This document shows, piece by piece, positions 1 through 12,889 of a stretch of 64,000 bases of DNA. The notes under the pieces were generated by a model. It had not been told where the DNA came from, did no database searches, and saw nothing but the letters and a program-made list of their open reading frames with translations. Each line of letters starts with the position of its first letter. Position 1 is the stretch's first letter. Source of the DNA: Octopus vulgaris (lineage: Eukaryota). A program made the translations under genes and the position numbers. Location: NCBI GenBank assembly GCA_951406725.2, contig OX597826.1, positions 4,278,001-4,342,000 of the forward strand, read 5' to 3'.

Positions 1-112
1 TGAAGATTGCTCTAAATTTTAAATTGATGTAATGATTGCATAGTTCAATTAAATGGAGTTGCATGAAACGATCGTACTGCATAACCTCTGGATATCTTTG
101 TTGCATATTTTG

Positions 113-157
<45 letters not shown>

Positions 158-158
<1 letters not shown>

Positions 159-413
159 GAAGGAAGTTGAAAGTAAACTAGAAGTGTTTTAGATGGTTTA
201 TTTTTAGTGCCTTAACTGGTTTCACAGATGTGAGATAGAAAGATATGGAGCGGTACAACAATCGTCTTGCTTCTGACTAGAGTTCGAAATTTTTCTTCTT
301 TTTATAGAGTGGACGTGGCTAAAATTCGTATTTATTTCAGTGTGAACATCCTATAAACCGTAAGAGTGACATGCACAGCTACAACAGAATTCATCCTACA
401 TGTCTGAACAGAG
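158..413 (+). mobile_element. Possible mariner 5' terminal fragment
   Basis: Follows (TA)n with TA|CGAAGGAAGTTGAAAGT, resembling mariner TIR starts (compare CGAGGGG at 32534). Truncated by the SINE at 414; no second TIR seen. Confidence 0.3.
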
Positions 414-744
414 CGTTGTTATCCTCATTCCGTAAACGGTGGCTTTTAACGGGTGGAGAGCTGAACCATCCTGGGGTACACAGGATTCGCAATCTAGACT
501 AGGGTCTGAAAGTTTTGCCGCACCATAGTGGGTTACACTATGGTTCCTCCTCGGCAGAAGTATGAAGAACGAATGAGAGAAAGTTGTGGTGAAAGAGTAC
601 AGCGGGGTTCCCCCCCCCCCACCGGGACCTCGTGGAGCTTAGATGTTTTTGTCAATAAACATTTACAATGCCCGGTCTGATAATCGGAACCGCGTTCTTA
701 CGACCGCGAGTCTGCTGCCCTAACCACTGGGCCATTGCGCCTCC
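414..744 (-). mobile_element. tRNA-derived SINE family C, tail type 2 (3'-truncated)
   Basis: Minus strand begins GGAGGCGCAATGGCCCAGTGGTTAGGGCAGC (A box) with a B-box-like GGTTCCGATT. Homologous to 3184-3571 and 26352-26838. Confidence 0.85.
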
Positions 745-804
745 ACTGCTGCTGTTGTTTTTGTTACTGCTGCTGTTGATGATGATGATTGTGTTAGTGT
801 TGTT

Positions 805-1001
805 TTAGCCGTCGTATGTTAACACTGACAGACCAGAACTCAGATCTAGCGCGTCCCAGCCGTGACTATCCCATTTCGTTATGTATATCAAGCACTACAA
901 CAGCCAATACGTTCTCCGTACCCTGTACATGGCAGCAAGATTTCATTTGAGTGATCTTAGTCTGCTACTTCTAGCAGGTTAAAAGACCACGTAGAGGCTC
1001 A
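805..1001 (-). mobile_element. Old dispersed retroposon-like repeat family E (representative copy)
   Basis: Shares two blocks (plus-strand consensus ...CCAGCCGTGACCATCCC... and GATTTGGCTGCTATTTCTAGCAGG...GACCACGTAGAGGCTC) with copies near 2120-2360, 2775-2830, 3715-3880, 44415-44600, 45890-46050, 46630-46810, 46970-47165, 48890-48955 and 58025-58230. Opposite-strand copies lie near 24395-24600, 53280-53330 and 57100-57290. Confidence 0.65.
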
Positions 1002-1069
1002 TACTTGGGCTCTCTATGTCTCTGTTATTGTATGTTGCTAATGATGTTACTACAGCCTGCGTTCGCAAG

Positions 1070-1189
1070 ATGCTGCTGCTGCTGCTCCTGCTACTTCAAC
1101 TGCAGTTGCTACTGCTGTTGCAGTTGAAAATGTTGCAGTTGGTGCTGTCTTGATACTACTACTACTACTACTACTACTACTATACTACA

Positions 1190-1231
<42 letters not shown>

Positions 1232-1349
1232 GCTACTGCTGCTGCTGCTGTTCATGATGATGATGATAATGATGATGATGATGATGATGCTACTACTACT
1301 ACTATGGCTGCTGCTGATTGTGATGATGAAGATGATGGTGTTACTACTA

Positions 1350-1397
<48 letters not shown>

Positions 1398-1959
1398 ATG
1401 ATACTACTACTACTACTAAAATTGAAATTGCTGCTGATGATGATGCTGATGTTGTTACTGCTGCTCCTGTTCATGGAACTGCTGCCAACATTTGCTAAAT
1501 ACGTTGCTGCTGCTGTTTTCGTTGCTGCATTTTTGCTTTTGCAGTTTACTGTTTCCGCTGCTGCTGCTGCTGCTGCTGCTAGTGATACAGCTGCATTCAC
1601 TGCAAAGTGCATTATTGATAACGCTGCAGTTGCAGCTACTACTGCAGTTGGCAACACTGCAGCAGACACTGCTACTTGCACTCACGAAAATACTACTGCT
1701 TTATTTCTTCATCTTGTTGTTGTTGTTCTTCTTCTCCGGCTCCTCCTCCACTTCTTCTTTTCTTCTCCGCATCCTCCCCTCTTTTACCTCCTCTTCTTCT
1801 TCTTCTTCTTCTTCTTCTTCTCCGCCTCCGCCTCCTCTTCTTTTCTTCTCCTCCCCACCTCTTTTACCTCTTCTTCTTCCTCTCGTCTTCTTCTTCTTCT
1901 ACTTCTTTCTCTTCTGTTTCTTCTTCCTCTCATCTTCTTCTCCACTTCTTCTCCTCCTA

Positions 1960-1996
<37 letters not shown>

Positions 1997-2000
1997 GCTG

Positions 2001-2049
<49 letters not shown>

Positions 2050-2120
2050 CACTAACAACATCAGCACTGTTAATACTACTGCTGCTGCTGTGTACTGTTG
2101 TTGTTGTTATTGTTGCTGTT
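1070..2120. repeat. Compound trinucleotide microsatellite (CTG/CTA/GAT/CTT)
   Basis: Directly visible runs; they explain the poly-S/L/M/T ORFs. Confidence 0.95.
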
Positions 2121-2409
2121 TAGCTCTTGGTCAGCTCGTATCCAACAGAGCTATGACCAAAATACACTCTAGCCATGGCCATCTCGCTTTGTTCTTCTTT
2201 TTATTTATCATACAAAGAGTACCGAAAATCACATTTTCCTAAAGGTCCCATTTAATTTTTCAAATAATTATTTCGTTTTTTGTCTTTATTTACAATTAAT
2301 GAGATTTTGAGGCAGTATGGCTACTATTTCAAGCATGCCTAGCACCCAAGCAGAAACTTCTAGTGGACTCAAGGGGTTCCAAACGACGCTTATACTATTG
2401 GTGTTGCTC

Positions 2410-2483
2410 TCGGTGTTGTAGTTGTTGTTGTTGTAGTAGTAGTAGTAGTAGTAGTAGTAGTTGTTGTTGTTGTTGTTGTTGTT

Positions 2484-2557
<74 letters not shown>

Positions 2558-2590
2558 CGTTGTTGTTGTTTTTGATGATGATGATGATGG
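2410..2590. repeat. (TAG)n/(TTG)n microsatellite
   Basis: Directly visible. Confidence 0.95.
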
Positions 2591-2870
2591 TTCTGTTGAT
2601 GGTGCTGTTGATATGGCGGTTGTTATCGTTACAGTTGTTCCCGAAGTTGTTTTCTTTTTCGTTTCGTTGGTGGTGTGGTGGCGATGTTCTTATTTTCGAT
2701 GATTTTGCTTTCCATATTGTTCTTGTCACAGTTCTCCTGGTGTTGTCACCATATTGATGGTTAGTGTTGTCTAATGAGGGATACTTGGCTGCTATCTCTA
2801 ACTCGCGCGACCGCGTAAAAACACCCTCATTCCGTCGAGACATACCAGTTCTTTTGTCGCTATTGCTGTT

Positions 2871-3022
2871 GTCTTCTTCTTCTTCTTCTTCTTCTTCTTC
2901 TTCTTCTTCTTCTTCTTCTTCTTCTTCTTCTTCTTCTTCCACTTCTTCTTCTTCCTCTTCTTCTTCTTCATCTTCTCCGTCTTCTTCTTTTCATTATTCT
3001 GTCTTCTTCTTCTTCTTCTTCT

Positions 3023-3057
<35 letters not shown>

Positions 3058-3183
3058 TTCCACTTCTTCTTCTTCCTCTTCTTCTTCTTCATCTTCTTCG
3101 TCTTCTTCTTTTCATTATTCTGTCTTCTTCTTCTTCTTCTTCTTCTTCTTCTTCTTCTTCTTCTTCTTCTTCTTCTTCTTCTT
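2871..3183. repeat. (TTC)n microsatellite with an internal ~120 bp higher-order duplication, contiguous with the SINE C tail
   Basis: The block CCACTTCTTCTTCTTCCTC...TTTCATTATTCTGTCTTC occurs twice (about 2939 and 3060). The tract abuts the (GAA)n tail of the SINE at 3184. Confidence 0.9.
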
Positions 3184-3571
3184 CCAATCAGGACGCACAC
3201 CATTAGCCACAAAGAATAATCTCTAATTCGAGCCTACACTAAGCTACTTGAAGATCCACCCACCACACGTGATAGACTGGCGGTTGCACGGGTGCGAAAG
3301 CTACGTTGTTATCCTCGTTCCGTAAACGGTGGCTTTTAACGGATAGTGGGTTACACCATGGTTCCTCTGCTTTGTGGCAGAAGTATGAAGAAAGAGTGAG
3401 AGAATGTTGTGGTGAAAGTGTACAGCGGGGTTCACCACCCTCCCCCACCGAAGCCTGGTGGAGCTTAGGTGTTTTTCCTCAATAAACACTCACAATGCCC
3501 GGTCTGGGAATCGAAACCGCGTTCTTACAACCGCGAGTCCGCAGCCCTAGCCACTGTACCGTTGCGCCTCC
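3184..3571 (-). mobile_element. tRNA-derived SINE family C, tail type 2 (internal deletions)
   Basis: tRNA-like head ending at 3571; 3' end GGTGTGCGTCCTGATTGG(AAG)n; homologous to 26352-26838. Confidence 0.85.
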
Positions 3572-4299
3572 ACATTGTTGTTGTTGTAGTTGTTTTTGTT
3601 GTTGTTGTTCGTGGTGGTGGTGGTGGTGGTGGTGGTGTACATGGTGACTGCTGCTAATGTTGGTTCCGCTCAATGCGTTGCCCTCACTGTTCCTTTGATA
3701 GGTTTCATACGGTCCGGGTCTCAGGCCAACCCTATTCAATAAGGACTATCATCAAAGTCATTCCCAACCGTACACTAGAGCTACATTAGCTACATTATCT
3801 AGTGTCCTTGTAAAATGGAGGGGCTTAATAGGAGATAGATTTGGCTGCTATTTCTAGCACGTCCAGGAAACAATATAATACCTTCCTAAATGACACTTCA
3901 GTACTTAAGTCGATTCAATAGATTAGGACAGCTGACACCGCTCCCTCGCATTGTCCTCATTTTCTAGGACAAAAGCAATGTTTTCTACTTTCCCTAACCA
4001 CCAAGATGCCTGGCTGCAGTTAAAGCGGGATATGAGAAATTTTAATCACAGACGTCTTTTTTGAGGAACTGTGTAGATGTGAATCCAAAGCCACAGTTTT
4101 CAGAAATGGAACATACTCTCTCTCTCTCTCTCTCTCCTTCTCTCTCTCTCTCCCTCTCTCCCCCTCTCTCTCTCTCTCTCCCCAAAATATTGTGTTTTAT
4201 CTGAAGCCATTAAATAAAAGAAATCCTTTCTTTCTTATCGAAATATTTTACATTTGTTTACGCGCTTCTCGTTTGTTCTTGGGTGTTTTTCTCGTTGCA

Positions 4300-4310
4300 G
4301 CTGATGATGA

Positions 4311-4344
<34 letters not shown>

Positions 4345-4597
4345 GGTAGTGGTGGTGGTGGTGATAATGATGATGATGGTGATGATGACGATAATGATGA
4401 TGATGATGGTGGTGGTGGTGGGTGGTGGTGGTGGTGATAATGATGATGATGGTGATGATGACGATAATGATGATGATGATGGTGGTGGTGGTGGTGGTGG
4501 TGGTGGTGGTGGTGGTGGTGGTGGTGATAATGATGATGATGGTGATGATGACGATAATGATGATGATGGTGGTGGTGGTGGTGGTGGTGGTGGTGAC

Positions 4598-4629
<32 letters not shown>

Positions 4630-4632
4630 CAG
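4300..4632. repeat. Higher-order microsatellite: three units of (GGT)n-GATAAT(GAT)nGGTGATGATGACGATAAT(GAT)n
   Basis: Three near-identical composite units, starting near 4350, 4420 and 4480. Confidence 0.9.
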
Positions 4633-5709
4633 TGATGATAAGGAAGAGGATATATTAGTGATAAAGATGATGATAATGGAGATAAGGTGGAAGAGAATGA
4701 AGACAATGATGTAAACAATGACAAGGATTACGATGATGATGATGATGATAAGAATGATCATGACGACAACGACGACAAAGAGGAGAGCAAATATAATGAG
4801 GAGGAGTACGAGGAGAGGGATTACGATGATAACGACAATGGCGGGGATGATAACGATTAACGAGTATGACGTGGATGAAACTTGTTGCTGCAATTCTCGT
4901 CCTTAATTTTCGAAATGATTGCTTAGTCAGCTGTATCAAGTTCAACCACCGAAATATTCCTTCTGGAAAGAGCAATGGCTCCATTTAATAACCCTCATTT
5001 TTGTAATGTTTACAAATTGTCAAGAAAAAGACTGTTCATGCTGCAGCCCCGTTTCCCTTTACAAACATGAAAGAATTTCAGTTGTATGAAGAAATTTCAT
5101 CAGGAGTCTCTTAGCTTAATGACACAGAGCGCTCAGCCGGAATTGTAAAGTACACTGAACGATTCTTTGTTGAAGCTGTTTGGACCCTTTTTTGACAGTG
5201 CTCCAGCATGACCGCAGCCTTCGGGCTGAAACGTGTGAAAGAACAACAACTCTGAAGAGACAGAGTCTTTCGTACCACCACTTAATAACAACATATTTTC
5301 CTTGGAGATATAAATGTTTCCTTTAATGAAATCGATGTAAACATTGAAAATCTTTGGAAATAGACGCAGGGATGGCTGAGCTGTTAAGAGTCTCGTTTTC
5401 CAAGCACGTGGTTTTGAGTTCAGTCCCGCTATGTGACACCTTAGATAAGTGTCTTCTAATACATCTGCGAGCCAACCAAAGCCTTGTGAGTGGATTTGGC
5501 AGGCGGAAACTAAAAGAAGCTTAGGCAGAAGGGAGAAGCGCGTTTTTGTCCCCCACCCTCACCGCTTGACATTGGTGTTTGTTTGATTAATGTTCTTCTC
5601 ACTTCTCACCATAACTTAACGTTTCAGCGAAAGAAACCAGCAGAACAGTTTCCAGACTTAAAACAGGAACTTGGAAACATTTGTTCAACAAAACCGTTCA
5701 ATGCGCATA

Positions 5710-6106
5710 GGCGTATGAGAGGCTGTGTGGTAAGTAGCTTTATTACCAACCACATGGTTCCAGGTTCAGTCCCATTGCGTGGCACCTTGGGCAAGTGTCT
5801 TCTACTACTGCCTCGGGCCGACCAAAGCCTTGTGAGTGGATTTGGTAGACGGAAACTGAAAGAAGCCCGTCGTATATATGTATATGTATGTGTGTGTGTG
5901 TTTATATGTATTTGTTTGTCCTTCCAACATCGCTTGACAACCGATGCTGGTGTGTTTACGTCCCCGTAACTTAGCGGTTCGGCAAAAGAGACCGATAGAA
6001 TAAGTACTAGGCTTACAAAGAATAAGCCCTGGGGTCGATTTGCTCGACTAAAGGCGGTGCTCCAGCATGGCCACAATCACATGACTGAAACAAGTAAAAG
6101 AGTAAA
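5710..6106 (+). mobile_element. tRNA-derived SINE family A, near full length
   Basis: A box GGCTGTGTGG, B-box-like GGTTCAGTCCC, CORE-like CACCTTGGGCAAGTGTCTT, internal (TA/TG)n, tail GAAACAAGTAAAAGAGTAAA. A degenerate copy lies at about 5385-5700 and a duplicated tail at 6108-6175. Confidence 0.9.
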
Positions 6107-6713
6107 TGCGGTGCCCCAGCATGGCCACAGTCCAACCAATCAATTACAGAAACAAGTAAAAATTAAAAGATAAAGGAATAAAAAAAGACTAGTAAAAAAA
6201 AAGCAAATAACAAACACCCTACTGAAACAGGTCGGTAAATCAAAAATGTTTCTTCATAAACGGAAGATCAAAAGTATATCTGACAAGACTTGTGGCTGTT
6301 GGTTGTGAAAAGACAAAATACGACACTGAAGCAAAATGAATCAGTGTAATTGAAGAAACTAATGAAGTTATTGATTCAGGATGAACTCTGCAATGTTGAT
6401 CTATATATATATATATATATATAGATGCTACAACATCGTGTAGGATGCGTGAACTAGAAAAATAGATGTAATTAAACACGAGAACGATATAATAAATCAG
6501 TACTAATTTAATATTTAATAGGGTTCTTTCATTAAGAATGGTGTTAGCTGAATCATAATATTGCAATAAACATTTTCACTGAAACTCTCTATATATATAT
6601 ATATATACAACGTACGTACATGCACACATACACACACACACACACACACACGCACACACAGATATATAAGCATTATATGCCTCATGCAGGCAAATACATA
6701 TCTTTAAGCCCAC

Positions 6714-6745
<32 letters not shown>

Positions 6746-6860
6746 TTATATATATGTATATATATGTGTATATGTATGTATATGAGCGCCATACTAATAC
6801 AATTGTTCGTTTGTTTTCCACCTGCCTTCGTCTTTTGTTTATTTTCATAAAGCTTCCCGT

Positions 6861-6916
<56 letters not shown>

Positions 6917-7017
6917 CATATACACATATATATACATATATATAAATAAATATATATATATATATACTGTATATATATATGCATGTATATATATATTTAC
7001 ATATATATATATGTATG

Positions 7018-7054
<37 letters not shown>

Positions 7055-7577
7055 GTATGAAATTTGACTAGTGAGTGCCTCTGCTGCCATGTGCAAATTG
7101 TTTTTAGTTTCAGAGGCAAAGAGAAATAAGGTTTGCGTATACATATAATTATTTATAGTCGCAAGCGTCAGTGAAATTTTAGTAACAATTTCATAAAAAA
7201 AAAAAAAAACTTGCTTCTCTCTCTTTGTGCTATTTTTATATACATTAGAGTGGATAGTTATTAGTCTTGAAGATATTTATTCCAATATTACTTGGTATTT
7301 TTATGGGTTTCTTTTTTAGTGTCGAAGCGTTATATGTGACTGTGATGTTGTCCGTTAATTTCTGGTGTCATTTTGTTACTATGAGCAGATTTTAATGGCC
7401 CGATTCGCATTAGTTTATCTATGCATCACTTTGGTTATTTGATTTTTCCTTCGTATCTGATATAGTTCAGCGTGTGTTCCATTCCTGATGTCCTGTATTT
7501 CTACCAGAAGCATTGTAGCATTATACACTGCAATGTCCTTGACCCACATACAATACTTTAAATCGTATATGTGAGTT

Positions 7578-7620
<43 letters not shown>

Positions 7621-7852
7621 TTATTAATCCGAGGGGAGGCAATGTGAGCAGCAACTAAAGGAACATTACAAAATCCACAGAAAGATCAAACACATACATA
7701 TATTCATATATTCATTTATATCTACAGAACAGATATAAAGTCAGACGTTTAAAAATATAGTAATATATAAATATATAAACATCATATAAAATTATATAAA
7801 TATATAAGAATCAATGTAGCGATCTCAAGATATAACTTTGCATTTTGTAATT

Positions 7853-7889
<37 letters not shown>

Positions 7890-8038
7890 ATCTTTTCTTT
7901 TTCCCAAAAAATATATATATCTTCTAGCGATCACTATTTTCCTCTCGTTCAGGTCTAACGACCCTCCATGTTTGTTTTCTTTCAGTTTCCGTGTATGTAT
8001 GTATTATTTATTATTTAACTGAACGCAACGCATCCATT

Positions 8039-8076
<38 letters not shown>

Positions 8077-8078
<2 letters not shown>

Positions 8079-8260
8079 TTTTCTTTTATTAGTTTCAGTC
8101 ATTTGACTGCAGCCATGCTGGACCAGCGCTTTTAGTCGAGCAAATCGACCCCAGGACTTGTTCTTTGTAAGCCTAATACTTATTCTATCAGCGCCTCTAG
8201 CCGAACCACTAAGTGGCGGGGACGTAAACACACCACCATCGGTTGTCAAACGAAGCACAA

Positions 8261-8314
<54 letters not shown>

Positions 8315-8419
8315 GACGAGCTTGTTTCAGTTTCCGTCCACCAAATCCACCCACAAAGCTTTAGTCGGCCTGAGGCTATAGAAGACACTTGCTCAAGTTG
8401 CCACACAGTGGGACTAAAC
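8077..8419 (-). mobile_element. SINE family A (5'-truncated)
   Basis: Reverse-complement homology to about 5765-6100. Confidence 0.85.
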
Positions 8420-8438
8420 TATATATATATGTGTGTGT

Positions 8439-8515
<77 letters not shown>

Positions 8516-8839
8516 TATGTATATATATATATAGGGAGCTTTAAATTTATGTCCATGATATACTACGATCCTAAGACACCACTTAGTTAGCCCATGTAAT
8601 AATTTCAGGCCACGGCTTCCTGTTACTGCAATATGCCTTACAAGCACGGGGCGTTTCTTCTTCGATAGGATACAATTTGGCGTTGACTTTAACTGTATCA
8701 ACGGTAAGACAAATTTGCTATAGCACATCAGCAAATATATCAAGGACTCTGTAATGACGTCAGGCTTATTCTTCAAGGAGAGACTAACGATGAGGTGCAG
8801 AAAAGATCCTGACTCCAGGTAAAAGAAAATAGAGAAGGA

Positions 8840-8940
8840 TCAATTTATTAAGGAGCTTCGTAAAAGACCTTGGAAGTTTGAGCCTCTAACCAGGCCTTTC
8901 ACGATACCCTTGAAACCAAGAACTTTTCACCACACCCTCG
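8840..8940. mobile_element. Mariner-type terminal fragment
   Basis: Ends AACTTTTCACCACACCCTCG|TA, i.e. a CGAGGG-type TIR plus TA. Confidence 0.4.
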
Positions 8941-8944
8941 TACA

Positions 8945-9430
8945 TTCTAACAGAACGTCCTCCAGCAATGAATCGTTTCTGCACAATCAGCAGCGTATTT
9001 CCAGCACTGTTGTTGTCTAATATTAACCAGCACTTCGTACTTAATTCTCACAAAGTGTCTCAACCCTTCTGGCTCAGTTTTCCCCCAGATCACTACTCCA
9101 TCATAGCGTACTTTGTTCAACGTTTCCCATGATATCCATACCTACTGGTTTCTTTATATCAAAAGGAGGATTGCAAATAGATTTCAGCAGCGATAGATCG
9201 CATAATCATCATCTGTCTCTTGTATGTTTCCAGCTCTCTACCTTTTTTTCAAGTCCTTTAAGACATCCATTAGCGTTACTTCTACACATGCCTTGTGTTC
9301 ATGCTGTCTCATATCTGTAAGGCCTTTATTGTGTATGTATATTTATACTTGGACCAAATACTTCTGTCGCTTTTCAGTTTGATTCCATAACCCTCTTTTG
9401 CTTTCGTTTACTTATTCTCAGCAATTTTTT
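8945..9430 (-). pseudogene. Highly decayed RTE-like LINE RT C-terminal fragment
   Basis: Minus-strand peptides YGIKLK-ATEV (like GLTISLKKTEV) and QKRFIAGGRSVRM (like QLRWAGHVVRM) occur in the expected order, with many stops. Confidence 0.3.
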
Positions 9431-9637
9431 ACACTTGACACCACCAAAGTGAACAATATCTTTAAAGGTGTGAAATTGTTCTAATTTTTGGACGATATCT
9501 GATGAGGAAAGAGCATTTCAAGTTTTGTATTTGAATTCTCCGTGTGTTCCTTTGTCCTCTTGTGCAATTTTTTAACTGTGTGTCTACATATACATGTATG
9601 TGTGTGTGTGTGTAGAGTAATGTGCATTTATGTATGC

Positions 9638-9859
9638 GAGCTGGCAGACACGTTAGTGCGCCGGGCGAAATGCTTAGCGGTATTTCGTCTGTCGTTACGT
9701 TCTGAGTTCAAATTCCACCGAGGTCAACTTTGCCTTTCATCCTTTCAGGGTCGATAAATAAAGTACTAGTTTCGCACTGGGGTCGATATAATCGACTCAA
9801 TCCCTTCGTCTGTCCTTGTTTGTCCCCTCTATGTTTAGCCCCTTCTGGGCAATAAAGAA

Positions 9860-9862
<3 letters not shown>
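9638..9862 (+). mobile_element. SINE family B (head + core + tail1) ending in (TA)n
   Basis: GAGCTGGCAGA...GAGTTCAAATTCC, a Deu/Nin-like core GCCTTTCATCCTTTC.GGGTCGATAAA..AAGTAC, and tail1 ending AAAGAAATA. About 25 copies of family B occur in the window. Confidence 0.9.
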
Positions 9863-9888
<26 letters not shown>

Positions 9889-9890
<2 letters not shown>

Positions 9891-10765
9891 TGGTCTGATC
9901 AATAAGTATCCAGACTGTTGCCATAGTAACAAAAAAAAGTATGCAGAGTGAAGCCGTTCGACACAGACTGACCATGAACTCTGCTGCACATGCGCACTAA
10001 GTTTTGACGTTCTACCTCACTTACACTGTTTACAGCAGTGATTAGAATGAACGTGTATAGTGAATGATCGTCGCATTGACCATGACAGAGGAAGTTGAGC
10101 CGAGAATCTGCATCAAATGTTACCAAAAGCTTGGCGATATCTGCTCAGAGACCAACGCAAAGTTTTCAAAAACTTTCTATCGTTCTCGACACAATCAAGG
10201 ATATATTATGCAACTGAAACCCGAGTGTCTTTTTGGTCAACTGAATGCAGTTTGGCAGAAACTAGGCAGACACGCGTCTCATACCCAAATCTTCAGTGAT
10301 AATGGACTGAACTGAACCGTAACTAATCTGAACTTCCTCTGATATCTTACGTATGGTGATTCGATGATTTCCCCCTCACAGATGCTCACACATCTGCGAT
10401 GTTTTTCTCAGCTGTGCTGATTGCGGGTCTCCCAGAACGGTCGTAAATATTGAGATTTTCGGCCATTTTGGAAACGTCTCAACAACTCGTTCACTTGTGT
10501 GCGATCATGCACTCTTCCCCATACAATTTCTGCTGCAACTCTGCATAGGCCTCTGAGTACGTATCTCTGAGCAGCCATGACAACTTTCTCTGTGATGGGC
10601 AATACGATGAACTCACGCTACACACCTTCCTTCCAAGCTCTGCTCTAAACAGCAGAAGTGAGCTAGGACGTTAAAACTTCATGCGAATGCACAGTAAAGT
10701 TCAAGATCAATCTGTGCCAAGCGGCTTCACTCTGTGTACTTTGGCTTCGTTACTATGGCAACAGT
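9889..10765. mobile_element. Non-autonomous fold-back mariner derivative (two 5' ends in inverted orientation)
   Basis: The diverged ~250 bp arms are reverse complements (ACTGTTGCCATAGTAAC / GTTACTATGGCAACAGT). The plus arm encodes MTEEVEPRICIKCYQKLG. The minus arm encodes frameshifted LYGEECM-RTQV..RRFQNGR, DRSGRP and HRITIRKISEEVQISYGSVQSIITEDLGMRRVSA (mariner N-terminal HTH region). Confidence 0.85.
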
Positions 10766-10786
10766 ATATTTATATATACATATATA

Positions 10787-10838
<52 letters not shown>

Positions 10839-11474
10839 GCGAACTCGTAAGGTAGGATAGAAAGCTTGGCAGTGTACTTTCCAGCTTTCCAAGAACTGAG
10901 TTTGAATCGCCTGAAGATCCCATATGTCTTTCAAAATTTCGATATTCGTAAAAGATGTCATAGCATTGGTTACGTTCCTTCCATTCCAGCACTTCTATCT
11001 TACTCTTTGTCTCTCTCTTCCTCTCTCTTTTTCTCTCGCCCTCTTTCTCTCATTCTCTCCTTCTTTCTTGTTCTAGTTCTTCCTCTCTCTCTCCTGCTTT
11101 CGTTTCCACAATTCTCACTTTGGGTGACTTTGGATATGGTTGGAACTGAAGATCGCTGAGTTCCACCAGTTTTAAATGTCCAAATGTGTGGGGGTGGCAT
11201 GTGACATCAGTAGAGAAACCAGTGTGACAAGCAGTCCGTTACGGGCGGCGCATTTATACGCTTTCTATTTAGACTTGTAGAAGTCAAGAGGCAGGAAAGG
11301 GCGCAAAGGCAAGGACTTCTCAAAGGGGGCACATACATTAACTAAGCTATTGTATGACAGGACTGCGGCCCCTGTACATTCATCGGGAGTTGAAGGGTCA
11401 AAGTATGATAAAAAGAATACATACACCTTACCTGTCATCTTACCTGGAGCCAATGCAGGTAGGTCGGTAAACGA

Positions 11475-11528
<54 letters not shown>

Positions 11529-11529
11529 G

Positions 11530-11599
<70 letters not shown>

Positions 11600-11922
11600 C
11601 AGAGAGAGTGAGACATACAGGGAGAGAGAGATAACGCAAATAAGAGGCACACACTCACGCGTACTCAGCGGCACACAAACACAACACACGCACAATTTCT
11701 ATCGAACCAGTGATGTAAAATTGCATGTAGACGAACACACAGACACACAAAAACATACCCATACATAATCACACACAAACACCCTGCCACTTGCAAGTGA
11801 ACGTGTTAGCATGCACGCTGTTACATCATCGGATAATTGGCCGCTGTATTACACTCACTCAAACACACACGCATGTATATATATCTGTGTGATTAGATAG
11901 ATAGATAGATAGACAGATAGAC

Positions 11923-12010
<88 letters not shown>
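11475..12010. repeat. Two (GATA)n microsatellites (11475-11600, 11895-12010)
   Basis: Directly visible. Confidence 0.95.
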
Positions 12011-12012
<2 letters not shown>

Positions 12013-12177
12013 ACTTGTTGAGATAGAAACATATATAATCCAAGCCTGCTTACTCAGGGACATATACGAAAGTTCATAGTACTCCCTGTTCTTACATACA
12101 TCTATTTCTAAATACATTTCCCTACAAAACGCGAACTTGCGCGCGCAAAAACGTACACATAAATATATTCATATATT

Positions 12178-12322
12178 TCCGAGGTCGACTTTGCCTTTCA
12201 TCCTTCCGTGGTCGATAAATTAAGTACCACTTACGCACTGGGGTCGATGTAATCGACTTAATCCCTTTGTCTGTCCTTGTTTGTCTCCTCTGTGTTTAGC
12301 CCCTTGTGGGTAGTAAAGAAAT
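12178..12322 (+). mobile_element. SINE family B fragment (core + tail1)
   Basis: Homologous to about 9717-9862; ends AAAGAAATA followed by (TA)n. Confidence 0.85.
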
Positions 12323-12333
12323 ATATATTCATA

Positions 12334-12718
<385 letters not shown>

Positions 12719-12835
12719 CGAAGGATTTCTTTCAGTCTACGAAAACCACTGACAAGGTTTTGGTTGGCCCGAGGCTATAATAGAAGACACTTGGCCAAGG
12801 TGCCATATAGTGGGACTGAACCTGGAACTCTGTGG

Positions 12836-12889
<54 letters not shown>

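Noticed and set aside
1109-4984. Long ORFs (150-290 aa) with poly-S/L/M/H/D
   Set aside because: Stop-free trinucleotide microsatellites open in several frames on both strands; no domain content.
5065-5110. Minus-strand CTGATGA...GAAA hammerhead-like spacing
   Set aside because: Stem II mismatched and no convincing stem I or III.
8560-8820. VNAKLYPIE peptide resembling a PLE linker
   Set aside because: Single short motif with no colinear support on the same strand.
9495-9535. CTGATGAGGAAAGAGCATTTC hammerhead-like start
   Set aside because: No GAAA box after the stem and no cleavage triplet or stem I.
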